A stretch of DNA of 64,000 nt from a virus. The DNA is taken from IMG/VR virus record IMGVR_UViG_3300047472_000191, positions 32,001-96,000 of that record. The stretch is one strand, 5' to 3'. Positions within the stretch are counted from its first letter, which is position 1, and every line of letters begins with the position of its first letter. Under the pieces are notes generated by a model. The model had not been told where the DNA came from, searched no databases, and saw only the letters and a list, made by a program, of their open reading frames with translations. Positions 34,052 to 43,646 of the stretch are shown piece after piece. Made by a program: the position numbers and the translations under genes.

Positions 34052-35896
34052 TCAGCTGGCCCGGTTACGCAGGATCTCCACCTTGTCCCCGGTCAGCTGC
34101 CAGCCCTTCAACGACTTCCCGGTAGCCTTGTTCTTGATCACCTTCTCCTCGAACCCGGCAACCTTGGCCTGCGCCACGAACGCCGAAGCCGAATGCACAC
34201 GGTCCTCGATCTTGTTCCCCATGAAAGCCCTCCAGGCATCAGCCAGAGTGCGCGGGTGAATGAAAATCGCATCACCCTGCATGTCCTCGGTGCGGTAAAA
34301 CGCCGGGGCCGTCACGAACGACTTGCCCGAAATCTTGATCGGCTCAAACGCCGTCATCCCATGCCCGGCCCAGTCCCCGTACTCGTGCAGAGCCCACGGC
34401 AGCACGTCCGTGGTCAGGGCGTTGTCCCAGGAGTTCGCGTACTTCAGATCCTCCTGCACCCACGCCCACACCCGGCCGTAGGTGGCGCCCTTCTTGCCCC
34501 ACGCCTTCGGATCCCCCAGAAGGTGATCAATGAAGCAGGCCCCTGCGAGAAGGACCGCGTACTTGTCCCCGAGACGTCCCGGGCACGGCTTCGTCTCATC
34601 GATCAGAGCCTCGACGTCGTCCAGCCAGCGCAGGATCTCCGCCACGACCGTCCCCGCCATCGCAGCCATCCCGTGGGCGCCCGGGTACTTGCGCATCAGA
34701 GACGTCACGTCGGTCCACTGCGACAGATGCTCACGGCCCGGGACCTGCGACTTCCGGTTGGTCGGATCCGTCAGCTCCAGCAGGATGATCCGGTCCATCA
34801 GGGCCTTCTGGGACTTCAACCCCAGGTGCTCCCCGGTCAGCAGAATCGTTCCTGTCATGTGGGAGTGCTGTGACGCCTTGAACCCCGACTCGTGCGACCG
34901 CATCATCTTCGTGCCGTCCGACGTGGACAGCCGCAGCATCTCAAAAACCACCTTCGGCTCATCCAGGTCGTCTATGTGGACGAACCCCGACCGGGTGGAA
35001 GCGATCTTCTGCCGGACATCCGGCACCGTGCCCTGCGACGGACCCGACGTGTTGCCCGTGAGGATCTGCCGGAGCATCGACAGTGCACCCGTCGTCTTGC
35101 CCGACCCCGACGGGGCCTCCACAGCCATCACCGGGAAATGAGACGTGTGCTGGATGATCCCGGACTGGACCAGGGACATCACCATCCACGACGCTACAAC
35201 CGCCAGAGGCGTTTCGTCATGGAACGTCAGCACCTGGGACAGTACGTCCTTGACCTCGGCCAGGCCGTTCTTAGCCATCCCGTAGGCGAACGGGGCATCC
35301 CCCGACGTCGACAGCTGAGCAGACGGACGGTACGGGGCCGACAGATCAAACACCGTCTCCCCGGGCCTCAGGATGCCCTCGTGCGACACGAACACGTTCA
35401 AGTCGGGGTGGTACCCCAGCTGGTCCACGATCGTCGCCTCAGGCGGCTTCTGGGCGTTGATGTAGCGCAGCAGCCGGACACCCTGGGAGACACCGCCGCC
35501 AAGCGCACCGTCCGGGCACATCACCGAGACACCCGCCGACGTCAGCCACAACGTCAGCTTGCGCGGGTCAGACAGGGTCTTCTCATCCAGGATCCGGCGG
35601 AGTTCCTTCCCGTCCGCCTGACGCACGATCACGACATCCCACGCCCGGCGTTCCGTCGTGTCATCCGCGATGATCCCGAGTGCCTTGATGTCAAAGTTGC
35701 CGTACGGCTCTTCATCAAAGATGTACTTGCCCGGCTCCGTCGGATCCTTCGCACGCGTACGCACGTGGATCACGCCCTCCTGCGAGCAGAGCCAGCCCGT
35801 ATCAAGATCAGCATCCGTGACAAGGGTGGAAGCAGCAGGCGTGTCGGTTGCCTGCGGGGTGATAGGGGAGATAGTCTCAGACACAGAGAGATGCAC
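34052..35896 (-). CDS. P-loop replication helicase/initiator (primase-associated helicase type)
   Basis: Walker A EAPSGSGKTT, Walker B VHIDD, ILLTGE, arginine-finger ALMDR; adjacent to iteron-like repeats. Confidence 0.75.
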   Translation of the reverse strand: MHLSVSETISPITPQATDTPAASTLVTDADLDTGWLCSQEGVIHVRTRAKDPTEPGKYIFDEEPYGNFDIKALGIIADDTTERRAWDVVIVRQADGKELRRILDEKTLSDPRKLTLWLTSAGVSVMCPDGALGGGVSQGVRLLRYINAQKPPEATIVDQLGYHPDLNVFVSHEGILRPGETVFDLSAPYRPSAQLSTSGDAPFAYGMAKNGLAEVKDVLSQVLTFHDETPLAVVASWMVMSLVQSGIIQHTSHFPVMAVEAPSGSGKTTGALSMLRQILTGNTSGPSQGTVPDVRQKIASTRSGFVHIDDLDEPKVVFEMLRLSTSDGTKMMRSHESGFKASQHSHMTGTILLTGEHLGLKSQKALMDRIILLELTDPTNRKSQVPGREHLSQWTDVTSLMRKYPGAHGMAAMAGTVVAEILRWLDDVEALIDETKPCPGRLGDKYAVLLAGACFIDHLLGDPKAWGKKGATYGRVWAWVQEDLKYANSWDNALTTDVLPWALHEYGDWAGHGMTAFEPIKISGKSFVTAPAFYRTEDMQGDAIFIHPRTLADAWRAFMGNKIEDRVHSASAFVAQAKVAGFEEKVIKNKATGKSLKGWQLTGDKVEILRNRAS

Positions 35897-35984
35897 CTCT
35901 CGCTAGCACCCCCCGACCTGCGACCGGTCGGGGGGTTCTTTCATGTTGATGGTGCAGACCCTAACACGTCGATCACGGCTAACG

Positions 35985-36232
35985 GGTTACCCCCCGACAC
36001 GTAACCGCCCGGGTAACCTGACCCCGCATTCTTAGCTTGTCTAACGAGTTCAAGATCATCTTTTACCAAACGAATGGACGTTACTCCAAAGTTACTTCTA
36101 GAGTTACCTTTCAAACACCCCCTCTGACCTGCATGGTTACCTGGTTACCTCGTTACTTCCGTATGTGCCTATACGCGCATGCGCGCACATCACGCGCGAT
36201 GTGGCGCCCTCATATTTCTGGAACGGGTAACC
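35985..36232. repeat. GTTAC/GTAAC iteron-like cluster, putative replication origin
   Basis: About ten GTTAC(C/T) or GTAACC copies (35986, 36001, 36013, 36080, 36091, 36103, 36136, 36144, 36152, 36227) in AT-richer non-coding DNA upstream of the helicase. Confidence 0.65.
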
Positions 36233-36333
36233 GCGTCTCGGGGGCCTCGGGGAGCCTGCACGTGGATGGCTTCAAAGCGGCTGCAACGAACGCTGCGGGA
36301 GGTCTGCGGGGAAGCCTGCGACCAGAACGTAAG

Positions 36334-36373
36334 ATGGCCACCTACACCAGGTGCAACTGGTGTAGGTGGCCAT
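36334..36373. repeat. perfect 17-bp inverted repeat
   Basis: ATGGCCACCTACACCAG-GTGCAA-CTGGTGTAGGTGGCCAT. Confidence 0.85.
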
Positions 36374-36407
36374 TTGTGCCGCGAGACCATCAAAAAGAGG
36401 CTCTGTC

Positions 36408-36884
36408 ATGATACCTGCTGGCATCCAGGTGCTTGAGGACGGAACGATCATCGGGAAACGGGGTGTGCCCGTGCGCACGCATCCGGATACCCGGGGTTAT
36501 CACTACGTTCGCTTGTACATCGAAGGCCGCCGACAGCGACGGTTCGTCCACCCTCTCGTGTGTGAAGCCTTCCATGGTCCGAAGCCGTTCCCGGAAGCGC
36601 AGGTCAGGCACCTGAATGGCATCAAATCGGACAATCGGGCTAACAATCTCAAATGGGGGACCTCCGCAGAGAACGCTGCGGACAAAAAGGTGCATGGAAC
36701 TGCTTGGGACGTTGCCAGGGGAGAACAGCACTGCCGCGCCAAACTGACTGACCAGCAGGTCTTGAAAATCCGGGAGCGTTACGCCGCAGGCGACATCCTG
36801 ATGCGAGAACTGGCAGTCATGTACGGGGTGGGTGAAAGCAGGATCAGCACCATCGTCAACCGAAAAGGTTGGACCCACATCTGA
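36408..36884 (+). CDS. HNH endonuclease with C-terminal HTH
   Basis: GY..V.L, VH.LV.EAF.GP, VRHLNG.K.DNR..NL.WGT..EN; GE.H..AKLT. Confidence 0.9.
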   Translation: MIPAGIQVLEDGTIIGKRGVPVRTHPDTRGYHYVRLYIEGRRQRRFVHPLVCEAFHGPKPFPEAQVRHLNGIKSDNRANNLKWGTSAENAADKKVHGTAWDVARGEQHCRAKLTDQQVLKIRERYAAGDILMRELAVMYGVGESRISTIVNRKGWTHI

Positions 36885-36901
36885 AATAGCCCGCATTCCA
36901 C

Positions 36902-36951
36902 AGGCCCCCGTTAGCAGCCGTCCAGTGCTGTTACCGGGGGCCTTCCCTTTT
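36902..36951 (+). terminator. intrinsic terminator
   Basis: AGGCCCCCG...CGGGGGCCT followed by TCCCTTTT. Confidence 0.6.
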
Positions 36952-37036
36952 CATTCGACTGCTGCTAGGCAATACTAGGATCATTGGCTAGTATTAGGCG
37001 CAGTCACGATTTCATGGACAGAGCGAGGTAAAGAGG

Positions 37037-38665
37037 ATGGCGGAACGCGAATTGCTGTTATCCCCTCAGGATGACGGTGCCGCTGTCGAGCTGTCTTCTC
37101 GGGTGTACCGCAAGCGGATCCTTCCGAAGGCCACGATCCACTACCGTGGCCGCAAGATCACTTTCGATGACCAGTACCTGCACGACCTCGCCAACTCCTT
37201 CCAGCAGGGCGCCTACGATCAGGTGGCCTTCATGATGGCCCCGGACAACAACAGCCACACCCTGGACCCGGAGCGGTTCCGTGGTGAGATCAAGGATGTT
37301 GAGGTCGGTGACGATGGCCTGTACGGCATCTTCCAGGTCACCCCTGAGGCTGCCAAGGTGCTGGAGCAGAACCCGAAGTTAGGTGTTTCTGCGCGCATCC
37401 TCGAAAACTACTCGCGCTCGGATGGGAAGCAATTCCCCCGGGCGCTTCAACATGTCTTGGGGACCCTCGATCCGGTAATCCCCGGACTGGGTAGCTGGGA
37501 AGAGGTTGCCCTGTCCAACGGGATCGATCCGGGCAATGTGATTGACCTGTCTGAACTTTCCTACGAGGAGTTGGAGCCCGTGACCACACGCGCTGAAAAC
37601 CTACAGCAGGTGGCTGCGGCTACCGACATGACCGTGGAAGATCTCGAAGCGCTCGACATGACTGACGACGAGCTGGCGATTTTCGCGTCAGCGTTCGTCG
37701 ACACCGAGCCTGCGGCAGAGGCTGCGGCCGAATCCGCCGAGGATGACGAGCTGGTCGAAGAGCCCGGCGAGCAGGGCGATCTTTTCGCTGCGGCGGACGA
37801 GGCCACCGACGAGGCTCTCCCTTCCGAGGAGGAGATCGAAGCCGCTGTGGAGGCCCTCTCCGATGAGGAGCTGACCGCCCTGGCGGCCGAACTCGGCATC
37901 CCGGCCGACGAGGAGCTGGAAGCCGCCGAAGAGGCGGGCGAGGAAGAGGCCACGGCCGAGGTGGAGACCGCCGAAGAGGCCGAAGAGGTTGCTGAGCCCA
38001 CCGATGCCGAACTGGCGGAGCGCCTGGGCACTGGTGAGTTCGGCAGCGGCATCGACGAACCCGTTGAGGACCCGGACCTGGGTGACCTGACCGACGAGGC
38101 CCTGGCCGAGATGACGGAGATGTGGGAGACCGCTCACGCCGCCGACGACGCCACGGGCGCGGAGGAAGCTGCCGCTGTCGCCGCCGAAGCCGCCGAGACG
38201 GCTGAGACTGCTGTGGAGGCCACGGAGGTGGCTGCCGAAGCGGCTGAGACCGTTGCGGAAACCCCGCAGCTGGTCGGCGCCGGATCGGTTTCCCTGTCCA
38301 ACGAGGCCGCCCCCGAGGTTGTGGCCCTGTCCAACCAGGTGAGCACTCTTCAGCAGCAGCTCGCGGAGCAGCAGTTCGACACCCTCAAGCGGGAGTACGT
38401 CCGCCAGGGGGTTCCCTCGGCTCTGGTCGACCTGGCCCGTCCGGTCCTGGTCGCCGGTCGTGCCCTGGAGTTCTCCAACAGCGTGGGCGACACGGTGGAT
38501 CCGGCGGACATCGTCCGGCAGCTTCTGGACTCCGCCACCGGCTACATCGATCTGGCCCGCGAACGCGGTCACAGCTACTCGCCGGAAGCCGAGGACAAGG
38601 CGGCGATGGCAGCCGAAGAGGACAAGCGTCTCGCCTCCCTGTGGGGCGAGCAGTACGGCATCTGA
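37037..38665 (+). CDS. prohead protease (Mu gpI-like) fused to acidic scaffold
   Basis: N-terminal H...PE...G.I..V....DGLY, GVSARI, L.HV..T.DP.IPGL; long Glu/Ala-rich scaffold; precedes capsid genes. Confidence 0.8.
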   Translation: MAERELLLSPQDDGAAVELSSRVYRKRILPKATIHYRGRKITFDDQYLHDLANSFQQGAYDQVAFMMAPDNNSHTLDPERFRGEIKDVEVGDDGLYGIFQVTPEAAKVLEQNPKLGVSARILENYSRSDGKQFPRALQHVLGTLDPVIPGLGSWEEVALSNGIDPGNVIDLSELSYEELEPVTTRAENLQQVAAATDMTVEDLEALDMTDDELAIFASAFVDTEPAAEAAAESAEDDELVEEPGEQGDLFAAADEATDEALPSEEEIEAAVEALSDEELTALAAELGIPADEELEAAEEAGEEEATAEVETAEEAEEVAEPTDAELAERLGTGEFGSGIDEPVEDPDLGDLTDEALAEMTEMWETAHAADDATGAEEAAAVAAEAAETAETAVEATEVAAEAAETVAETPQLVGAGSVSLSNEAAPEVVALSNQVSTLQQQLAEQQFDTLKREYVRQGVPSALVDLARPVLVAGRALEFSNSVGDTVDPADIVRQLLDSATGYIDLARERGHSYSPEAEDKAAMAAEEDKRLASLWGEQYGI

Positions 38666-38704
38666 CCGGGGCTCCCGGCAGCAACTCTAGAAGGAGAGAA
38701 AACC

Positions 38705-39166
38705 ATGGGTATGAGCCCCGTCTTCAAGCACGGTTCGCCGCAGACCTTCCAGGTCCTCAGCTCGGCTGCTGTTCGCGCGGGCCGTCTGGTGGAGTACGTC
38801 ACCGAGTCCAGCACCACCAAGGTCCAGGAGGCCGGTGTCACCTCCCTCAAGGTGGCCGGTGTCGCGATCGACGACGCGGTGGGCACTTCCACCCCGGGTG
38901 CGGACATCACCTACGGCACCGGCGTCACCCGACGCGCCTACGACACCTCCACGATGGTCGACACCATCGGCGTCTCCACGTGCGGCGTCTGGAACCTGGT
39001 CGCGGGTGCGGCCGTCGCCGCGTTCGACGTCCTCAAGGCCGGTGCTGCGGGCACCGTCGTCACCTGGGTGTCCGGTACCGATTCACCGGCCGCCATCATC
39101 GGCATCGCGCAGGCCGCGATCTCCAACGGTGCCACCGGCCCCGTTTCGCTCCGTCTCGGCGTCTGA
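38705..39166 (+). CDS. capsid decoration/cement protein
   Basis: Small Gly/Ala/Val-rich beta protein between scaffold and major capsid; AGAAVAA.D.L.A.A.G, IIG.A..A. Confidence 0.75.
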   Translation: MGMSPVFKHGSPQTFQVLSSAAVRAGRLVEYVTESSTTKVQEAGVTSLKVAGVAIDDAVGTSTPGADITYGTGVTRRAYDTSTMVDTIGVSTCGVWNLVAGAAVAAFDVLKAGAAGTVVTWVSGTDSPAAIIGIAQAAISNGATGPVSLRLGV

Positions 39167-39207
39167 TCCGTCCGAGTCTGAACAGATCTAGAAAGGACGA
39201 CTGAGAC

Positions 39208-40128
39208 ATGCCTCAGACCACTGTCGGAACCGTTTCTTCGAACGATGGCTTCCGCCTCACAGTCAACACGCTGCTCAAGCGGCCGACCGTCATCCGGGAG
39301 CGCATTCTCCGGCTGGCCGACCAGCAGTTCATCACCGACACGGTGTTACGCAAGGTGCAGGACGTTCCGTCCGGCGTCGTGCTGTACAACGAGTCGACTC
39401 CGCTGTACGCCAACGGCGGCCCGTCGGTCGTCGCGGAGGGCGGCGAGATTCCGCTGATCACGGCGAACCTCGGCATCGGCAAGGCGGCCCGTACCATCAA
39501 GCGCGCCTTCGGTATCGAGTTCACCGAGGAGATGCGTCGGCGCAACGACATGGACCGTGTCAACACGTCCATCGCGCAGGTCGTCAACTCCATGAAGGCC
39601 GCCTGGGAGGACGCGTTCCTCTCCGCCGCCATCGCGGGTCTCGCGTCGACCGCTTCGGGTACCGCGTGGGCGACCGCCACGGACGTCCGGTCCACTCTGG
39701 CGAACGCGATGCTGGCGATCCAGCTGGCCGACGCGGAGTCCACGGACCAGACTGGCGTGCAGAAGTTCGGGTTCGAGCCGGACACGCTGATTCTGCATCA
39801 CGCGCGTGCGATGGACCTGGCGCTCAACTCCGACATGAACAAGTACTTCACCGGTTCCGGCGCCCCGAACTCCGCGTACGCCGACAAGCTGACCCTCCCG
39901 GGCCTGCTGTTCGGTCAGTTCAAGGTCGTCAAGTCGTGGCGTGTCCCGACCAACTCGGCGATCCTCCTGGAGGCCGGGACGATCGGTGGCATCGCCGATG
40001 AGCGTGCGTTGGACGTGACGCCGCTGGAGCACAACAGCACCAACGAAACGTGGCGCTGCAACGTGGTCCGCCAGTCCGCGATCTTCCTGGATCAGCCTAA
40101 GGCGGGACGCGTCATAACGGGTATCTAG
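39208..40128 (+). CDS. major capsid protein (HK97 fold)
   Basis: VAEGGEIP, K.......TEEMRRRN, FEPDTL, DQPKA...ITGI; position. Confidence 0.88.
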   Translation: MPQTTVGTVSSNDGFRLTVNTLLKRPTVIRERILRLADQQFITDTVLRKVQDVPSGVVLYNESTPLYANGGPSVVAEGGEIPLITANLGIGKAARTIKRAFGIEFTEEMRRRNDMDRVNTSIAQVVNSMKAAWEDAFLSAAIAGLASTASGTAWATATDVRSTLANAMLAIQLADAESTDQTGVQKFGFEPDTLILHHARAMDLALNSDMNKYFTGSGAPNSAYADKLTLPGLLFGQFKVVKSWRVPTNSAILLEAGTIGGIADERALDVTPLEHNSTNETWRCNVVRQSAIFLDQPKAGRVITGI

Positions 40129-40188
40129 CCCACAACGGACAACACACACCTGGCACGGCGAATACACATCGAAGGAGTCATACCAGTC

Positions 40189-40488
40189 ATGGCAGAAGAG
40201 AACGTTCTGTTCCGGGTCACCCGGCCGAACACGTCGATCTTCCACCCGGACCGGTCGGTCAGCCTGCTTCCGGTGCAGACCGGCGGCGAGATCGAGCTTC
40301 CCCGGAAGACGGCGGACTACCACGTCCGTAACGGCGTCGGCGTGATCGTCGATGCGGCCGAGGACGCCCCGGAGAAGACCCCGGAGCCCGAGCAGGCCCC
40401 GGAGGCGCCCAAGGAGCCTGTGAAGGAGCCGGAGGCGCCCACGGCTCCGGTCAAGCGCGCCCCCGGGCGCCCGGCCAAGACCGCGTAA
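40189..40488 (+). CDS. small head-associated protein
   Basis: AAGGAG RBS; P/E-rich tail ending KRAPGRPAK. Confidence 0.7.
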   Translation: MAEENVLFRVTRPNTSIFHPDRSVSLLPVQTGGEIELPRKTADYHVRNGVGVIVDAAEDAPEKTPEPEQAPEAPKEPVKEPEAPTAPVKRAPGRPAKTA

Positions 40489-40512
40489 CACCAGTCAGAG
40501 GGGAGGGCCGTC

Positions 40513-40965
40513 ATGTCGTACGCCACGATTGCCAGCGTCAGGACGGCCCTCGCCGCTGGTGGCGTAGTAGACCCGACCAGCGCGACGTCGCTGTCCGATG
40601 CGGATCTTCAGGACAAGATCGATGAGGCGGATGCCCTGATCGACGGGTATTTGACCGCCCGGTACGCGCTGCCGATCACCGGGACTGTCCCGCCCATCGT
40701 CCTCATGGTGTCGCGGGACCTTGCCGCGTCGTACGCCACGATTACGTACCTGGGCAGCATTCCTCTCCAGCCGACGCATCCCGTGCAGATCAAAGCGGCC
40801 TCGGCCATGGCCACGCTGGAGAAGATCCGCACCGGGGACATCATGCTGTCCCTGCCGGGCGCCGGATCCGAGCAGCGCACCGACAACCCGGCGGTAGAGA
40901 ACCTCTACGACGGGTCCATGTTCACGCTGGGCCAGTTCGACTTGTCTCAGGACTGGGGCTGTTGA
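40513..40965 (+). CDS. head-to-tail adaptor (Mu gp36/DUF1320-like)
   Basis: MSYAT, I.EA..LIDGYL..RY.LP, A...LE.I..G...L. Confidence 0.85.
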   Translation: MSYATIASVRTALAAGGVVDPTSATSLSDADLQDKIDEADALIDGYLTARYALPITGTVPPIVLMVSRDLAASYATITYLGSIPLQPTHPVQIKAASAMATLEKIRTGDIMLSLPGAGSEQRTDNPAVENLYDGSMFTLGQFDLSQDWGC

Positions 40966-41411
40966 TGGGCTCGTTCACCGAGAATGCGGACGAGCTGATC
41001 CGGGCGACCGAGCACGACCTTGTGGGGTCGCTGACGGTGGACCAAATCTACGCACACTACCAAGAAGTGGGCGATTCGTTCAATCACCCCCAGGGCGGTA
41101 TTGCGCGTGCCCTCGCCACGGGGCTCCTCAACAAATACCCCGAGATCGTACGCAAGCTGGCAGACGCTGTTCTCGACGGCCGGGAAGCCATGCAGCAAGC
41201 CATGATCGACGGCATGGAAGCCCTGAACCTGGAGTACTACGAGCTGGCCCCGCGCGAGTTCCACGACCTGCGGGCTTCCGGATCCCCCGAGGTCATGGAG
41301 GGCGAAGAGCAGGTGTACCACCGGCCTCCGAACGTCCACCGGCTCTCCGAGGAGGAGCTACGGGCGAAGCAGGAGCTGAGGGCATTGGGGATCTTCGGTG
41401 CTGACTTCTGA
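40965..41411 (+). CDS. neck/tail-completion protein
   Basis: VDQIYAHYQE, AP.E..DLR.SG; position. Confidence 0.65.
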   Translation: MGSFTENADELIRATEHDLVGSLTVDQIYAHYQEVGDSFNHPQGGIARALATGLLNKYPEIVRKLADAVLDGREAMQQAMIDGMEALNLEYYELAPREFHDLRASGSPEVMEGEEQVYHRPPNVHRLSEEELRAKQELRALGIFGADF

Positions 41412-41844
41412 CTTCATCGCCTGGCTGGCTGCGCAGGAGATCAACGGCGAACCCATGCCGGTGATCTACCAGGGCCCGAACGGGCCGGGTGCGGAACCCC
41501 GGGAACACATCGTGGTCACCCCGGTCCCGGGCGGCGGCATGCAGGTGGACGGGCACATCGAGCAGCGGGTGTTCCAGATCAAAACCGTAGGCACGATGGG
41601 GCTGAATTCCCGGAACTGGAACGACGTCTTTTCTAAGACGGAAGACCTGGCCCAGCGTATCGACAAGCTCATCATGAATACGTGGCGGCCGGTGATCGGC
41701 GGGGAACAGGTTGTGTACATGTCCCGTTTCGGTACCCGGGTACGGCAGGGCGGCCCGTCCGGGCAGCCTATCGACAACGCCAACCGTCCGGCTTTCCAGA
41801 CTATGTATGTAGTCGAGGCCGAGTCCAACATCTACGACGACTGA
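41398..41844 (+). CDS. tail terminator-like protein
   Basis: Position before tail tube; GGG...DG..E...FQI. Confidence 0.65.
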   Translation: MLTSDFIAWLAAQEINGEPMPVIYQGPNGPGAEPREHIVVTPVPGGGMQVDGHIEQRVFQIKTVGTMGLNSRNWNDVFSKTEDLAQRIDKLIMNTWRPVIGGEQVVYMSRFGTRVRQGGPSGQPIDNANRPAFQTMYVVEAESNIYDD

Positions 41845-41853
41845 GGAAACGCC

Positions 41854-42105
41854 ATGGCAGACGACAAGACCCCGGAAAAGACGGCCCCGAAGACCGCTGT
41901 GGCGCGAGCCCAGGCACCGGCTCCCGAGCCTGCGCCGGAACCCCTGGTGTTTCTCTACCTGGGGCAACCCCACACCAGTTTCGAACTGTCCGGGATGGGT
42001 CTGGCCGACCTCGTTCCCGAGGGGACAGCGTATTCCCCGAAGGACGCCGACATGGTTCGGATGATGTGCCTCAAGTACGGGATCCGTTACTCCGAAGGGG
42101 AGTAA
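41854..42105 (+). CDS. hypothetical protein
   Basis: GAGG RBS, operon context. Confidence 0.65.
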   Translation: MADDKTPEKTAPKTAVARAQAPAPEPAPEPLVFLYLGQPHTSFELSGMGLADLVPEGTAYSPKDADMVRMMCLKYGIRYSEGE

Positions 42106-42249
42106 ATAGCCCGTCGTCGACAACCGTGATCCGGGTCCTTATACTTGCCACTGGCAGGCTTTTAAGGTCCGGGCGTAAGGCCGAATTGCCGTAATCACGG
42201 GCCAAGAAAACGCCCCTTCCCGAAGGAACGGGAAGGGCTATCGAAGGAA

Positions 42250-42843
42250 GTGATTACTATTCCCGGCAGCATAAACCCGAAGAACGTTGTCGTCGGCGTA
42301 GCGTCGGCCTGGATTCAGCCGTACGACCCGAGCGTTCCGGCTCTCCTGCCTGCGGTCACCATCGCCAAGGGTGCGGACTGGGGCGGCAACTGGCAGAACC
42401 TCGGCGCCACCGACCAGGGCTGGAAGCTCCAGATCGGTACGTCCACCAAGTCGATCACGATCGAAGAGCAGTCCACACCCGCTCTCGTCATGGCCGACAA
42501 CCACAGCTACCAGGTGACCGGTGACCTCGCCGAGGACACCCTCCAGCACGCCTTATGGGCGTACGGCGGCGGCCAGCTGGTCACCACGGCGGCGGCGTCC
42601 GGCGTCCCCGGCTACCAGACCCTGAGCCTCCAGGACAACCTGAACTACTGGGCGATCGGCCTGGAGACCATCAACGTGCAGGGCTTCTGGCGCCGGTACC
42701 TGATCCCTCAGGGCGTCGTCGGCACCAACGTGGACACCTCGTTCCGCCGGTCCAACGAGAAGCGCATGTACTCCTTCCAGTTCGAAGGCACCTGCGCCCC
42801 GTCCCAGCTCGTCATCCAAGAGATGGTGGCCGCTGCACTTTAG
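42250..42843 (+). CDS. major tail (tube) protein
   Basis: N.VVG.A, W..LGAT..G, L.E.TL; precedes chaperone and tape measure. Confidence 0.85.
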   Translation: MITIPGSINPKNVVVGVASAWIQPYDPSVPALLPAVTIAKGADWGGNWQNLGATDQGWKLQIGTSTKSITIEEQSTPALVMADNHSYQVTGDLAEDTLQHALWAYGGGQLVTTAAASGVPGYQTLSLQDNLNYWAIGLETINVQGFWRRYLIPQGVVGTNVDTSFRRSNEKRMYSFQFEGTCAPSQLVIQEMVAAAL

Positions 42844-42894
42844 TGCTGTACACGTCAAGTTCTACTCACCCGGCACAGCGAGAAAGGTTTCACC

Positions 42895-43281
42895 ATGGCA
42901 TTCGTTGCTCACGAGGCGATCGAGCCGCTCGACTACGATTTCACGCACTTCATGGACGGTTCCGAGGCGAAGGGGACCGTGCCGGAGCCGAGCCAGCAGG
43001 CCATGGCGGGGTACCGCAAGGCCGTTCTGGCGGTCGTCCGCGACTACAAGGACGTTCAGGACGTCGACCCGGACACGTTAAGCAACGACGAGCTTGACCG
43101 GATCACCGACCGCGCCGAGGAGCTGGAGAAGCGCATGGACGAGCTGACGGCCCGTCTCTGCAAGAACACTCCGTCCGTGGAGACGCTCAGCAAGCTGCCG
43201 TGGCGCCACAAGGTGATGTTCTCGAAGTGGCTCCAGGAGCAGTTCAACCCGGGAAAATTGACGGGCGTTACGAAGGACTGA
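42895..43281 (+). CDS. tail assembly chaperone (gpG-like)
   Basis: Between tail tube and tape measure; slippery GGGAAAA at 43251. Confidence 0.85.
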   Translation: MAFVAHEAIEPLDYDFTHFMDGSEAKGTVPEPSQQAMAGYRKAVLAVVRDYKDVQDVDPDTLSNDELDRITDRAEELEKRMDELTARLCKNTPSVETLSKLPWRHKVMFSKWLQEQFNPGKLTGVTKD

Positions 43282-43490
43282 CTGGGGGAGAGGACCAGCG
43301 GCGTCTGTATTACACGCTGCTGAAACTCTTCCACGTCACCCGGCAGCAATGGGATGCAATGCCCTGGCATGATCAGCGGATGTACATCGAACAGCTGAAC
43401 AAGGATCCCGAGTACAACGAGGACGGGGAATCCGGCGGGTCAGATGCGCAGGAACTGACTAGCTGGGACGACCTTCCTCCGGGGGCCTAA
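42895..43490 (+). CDS. tail assembly chaperone, -1 frameshift product (gpGT-like)
   Basis: The -1 frame after GGGAAAA stays open (GKIDGRYEG...WDAMPW...) to TAA 43490. Confidence 0.75.
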
Positions 43491-43515
43491 TAAGACTCGC
43501 CGTGCCGGGTGGAGA

Positions 43516-43553
43516 CCGCAGGGCCGAAGCTGTAAAAGGCTTCGGCCCTGCGG
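43516..43553 (+). terminator. stem-loop upstream of the tape measure gene
   Basis: CCGCAGGGCCGAAGC / GCTTCGGCCCTGCGG. Confidence 0.55.
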
Positions 43554-43646
43554 GCATTCTAGGCTCTGGCTAATCGCCCCTTTTAGCAGGTAATCTTGGA
43601 ATCTGCAACGCAATGCGGGTCAAGGGGATGATGAGAGGGAGCGCCA

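Noticed and set aside
36334-36373. Inverted repeat as a protelomerase (telRL) site of a linear plasmid prophage
   Set aside because: It has a 6-nt asymmetric loop and no protelomerase gene is visible; kept only as an origin-associated hairpin
37640-38280. Glu/Ala low-complexity repeats as a DNA repeat element
   Set aside because: Explained by the acidic scaffold protein's composition
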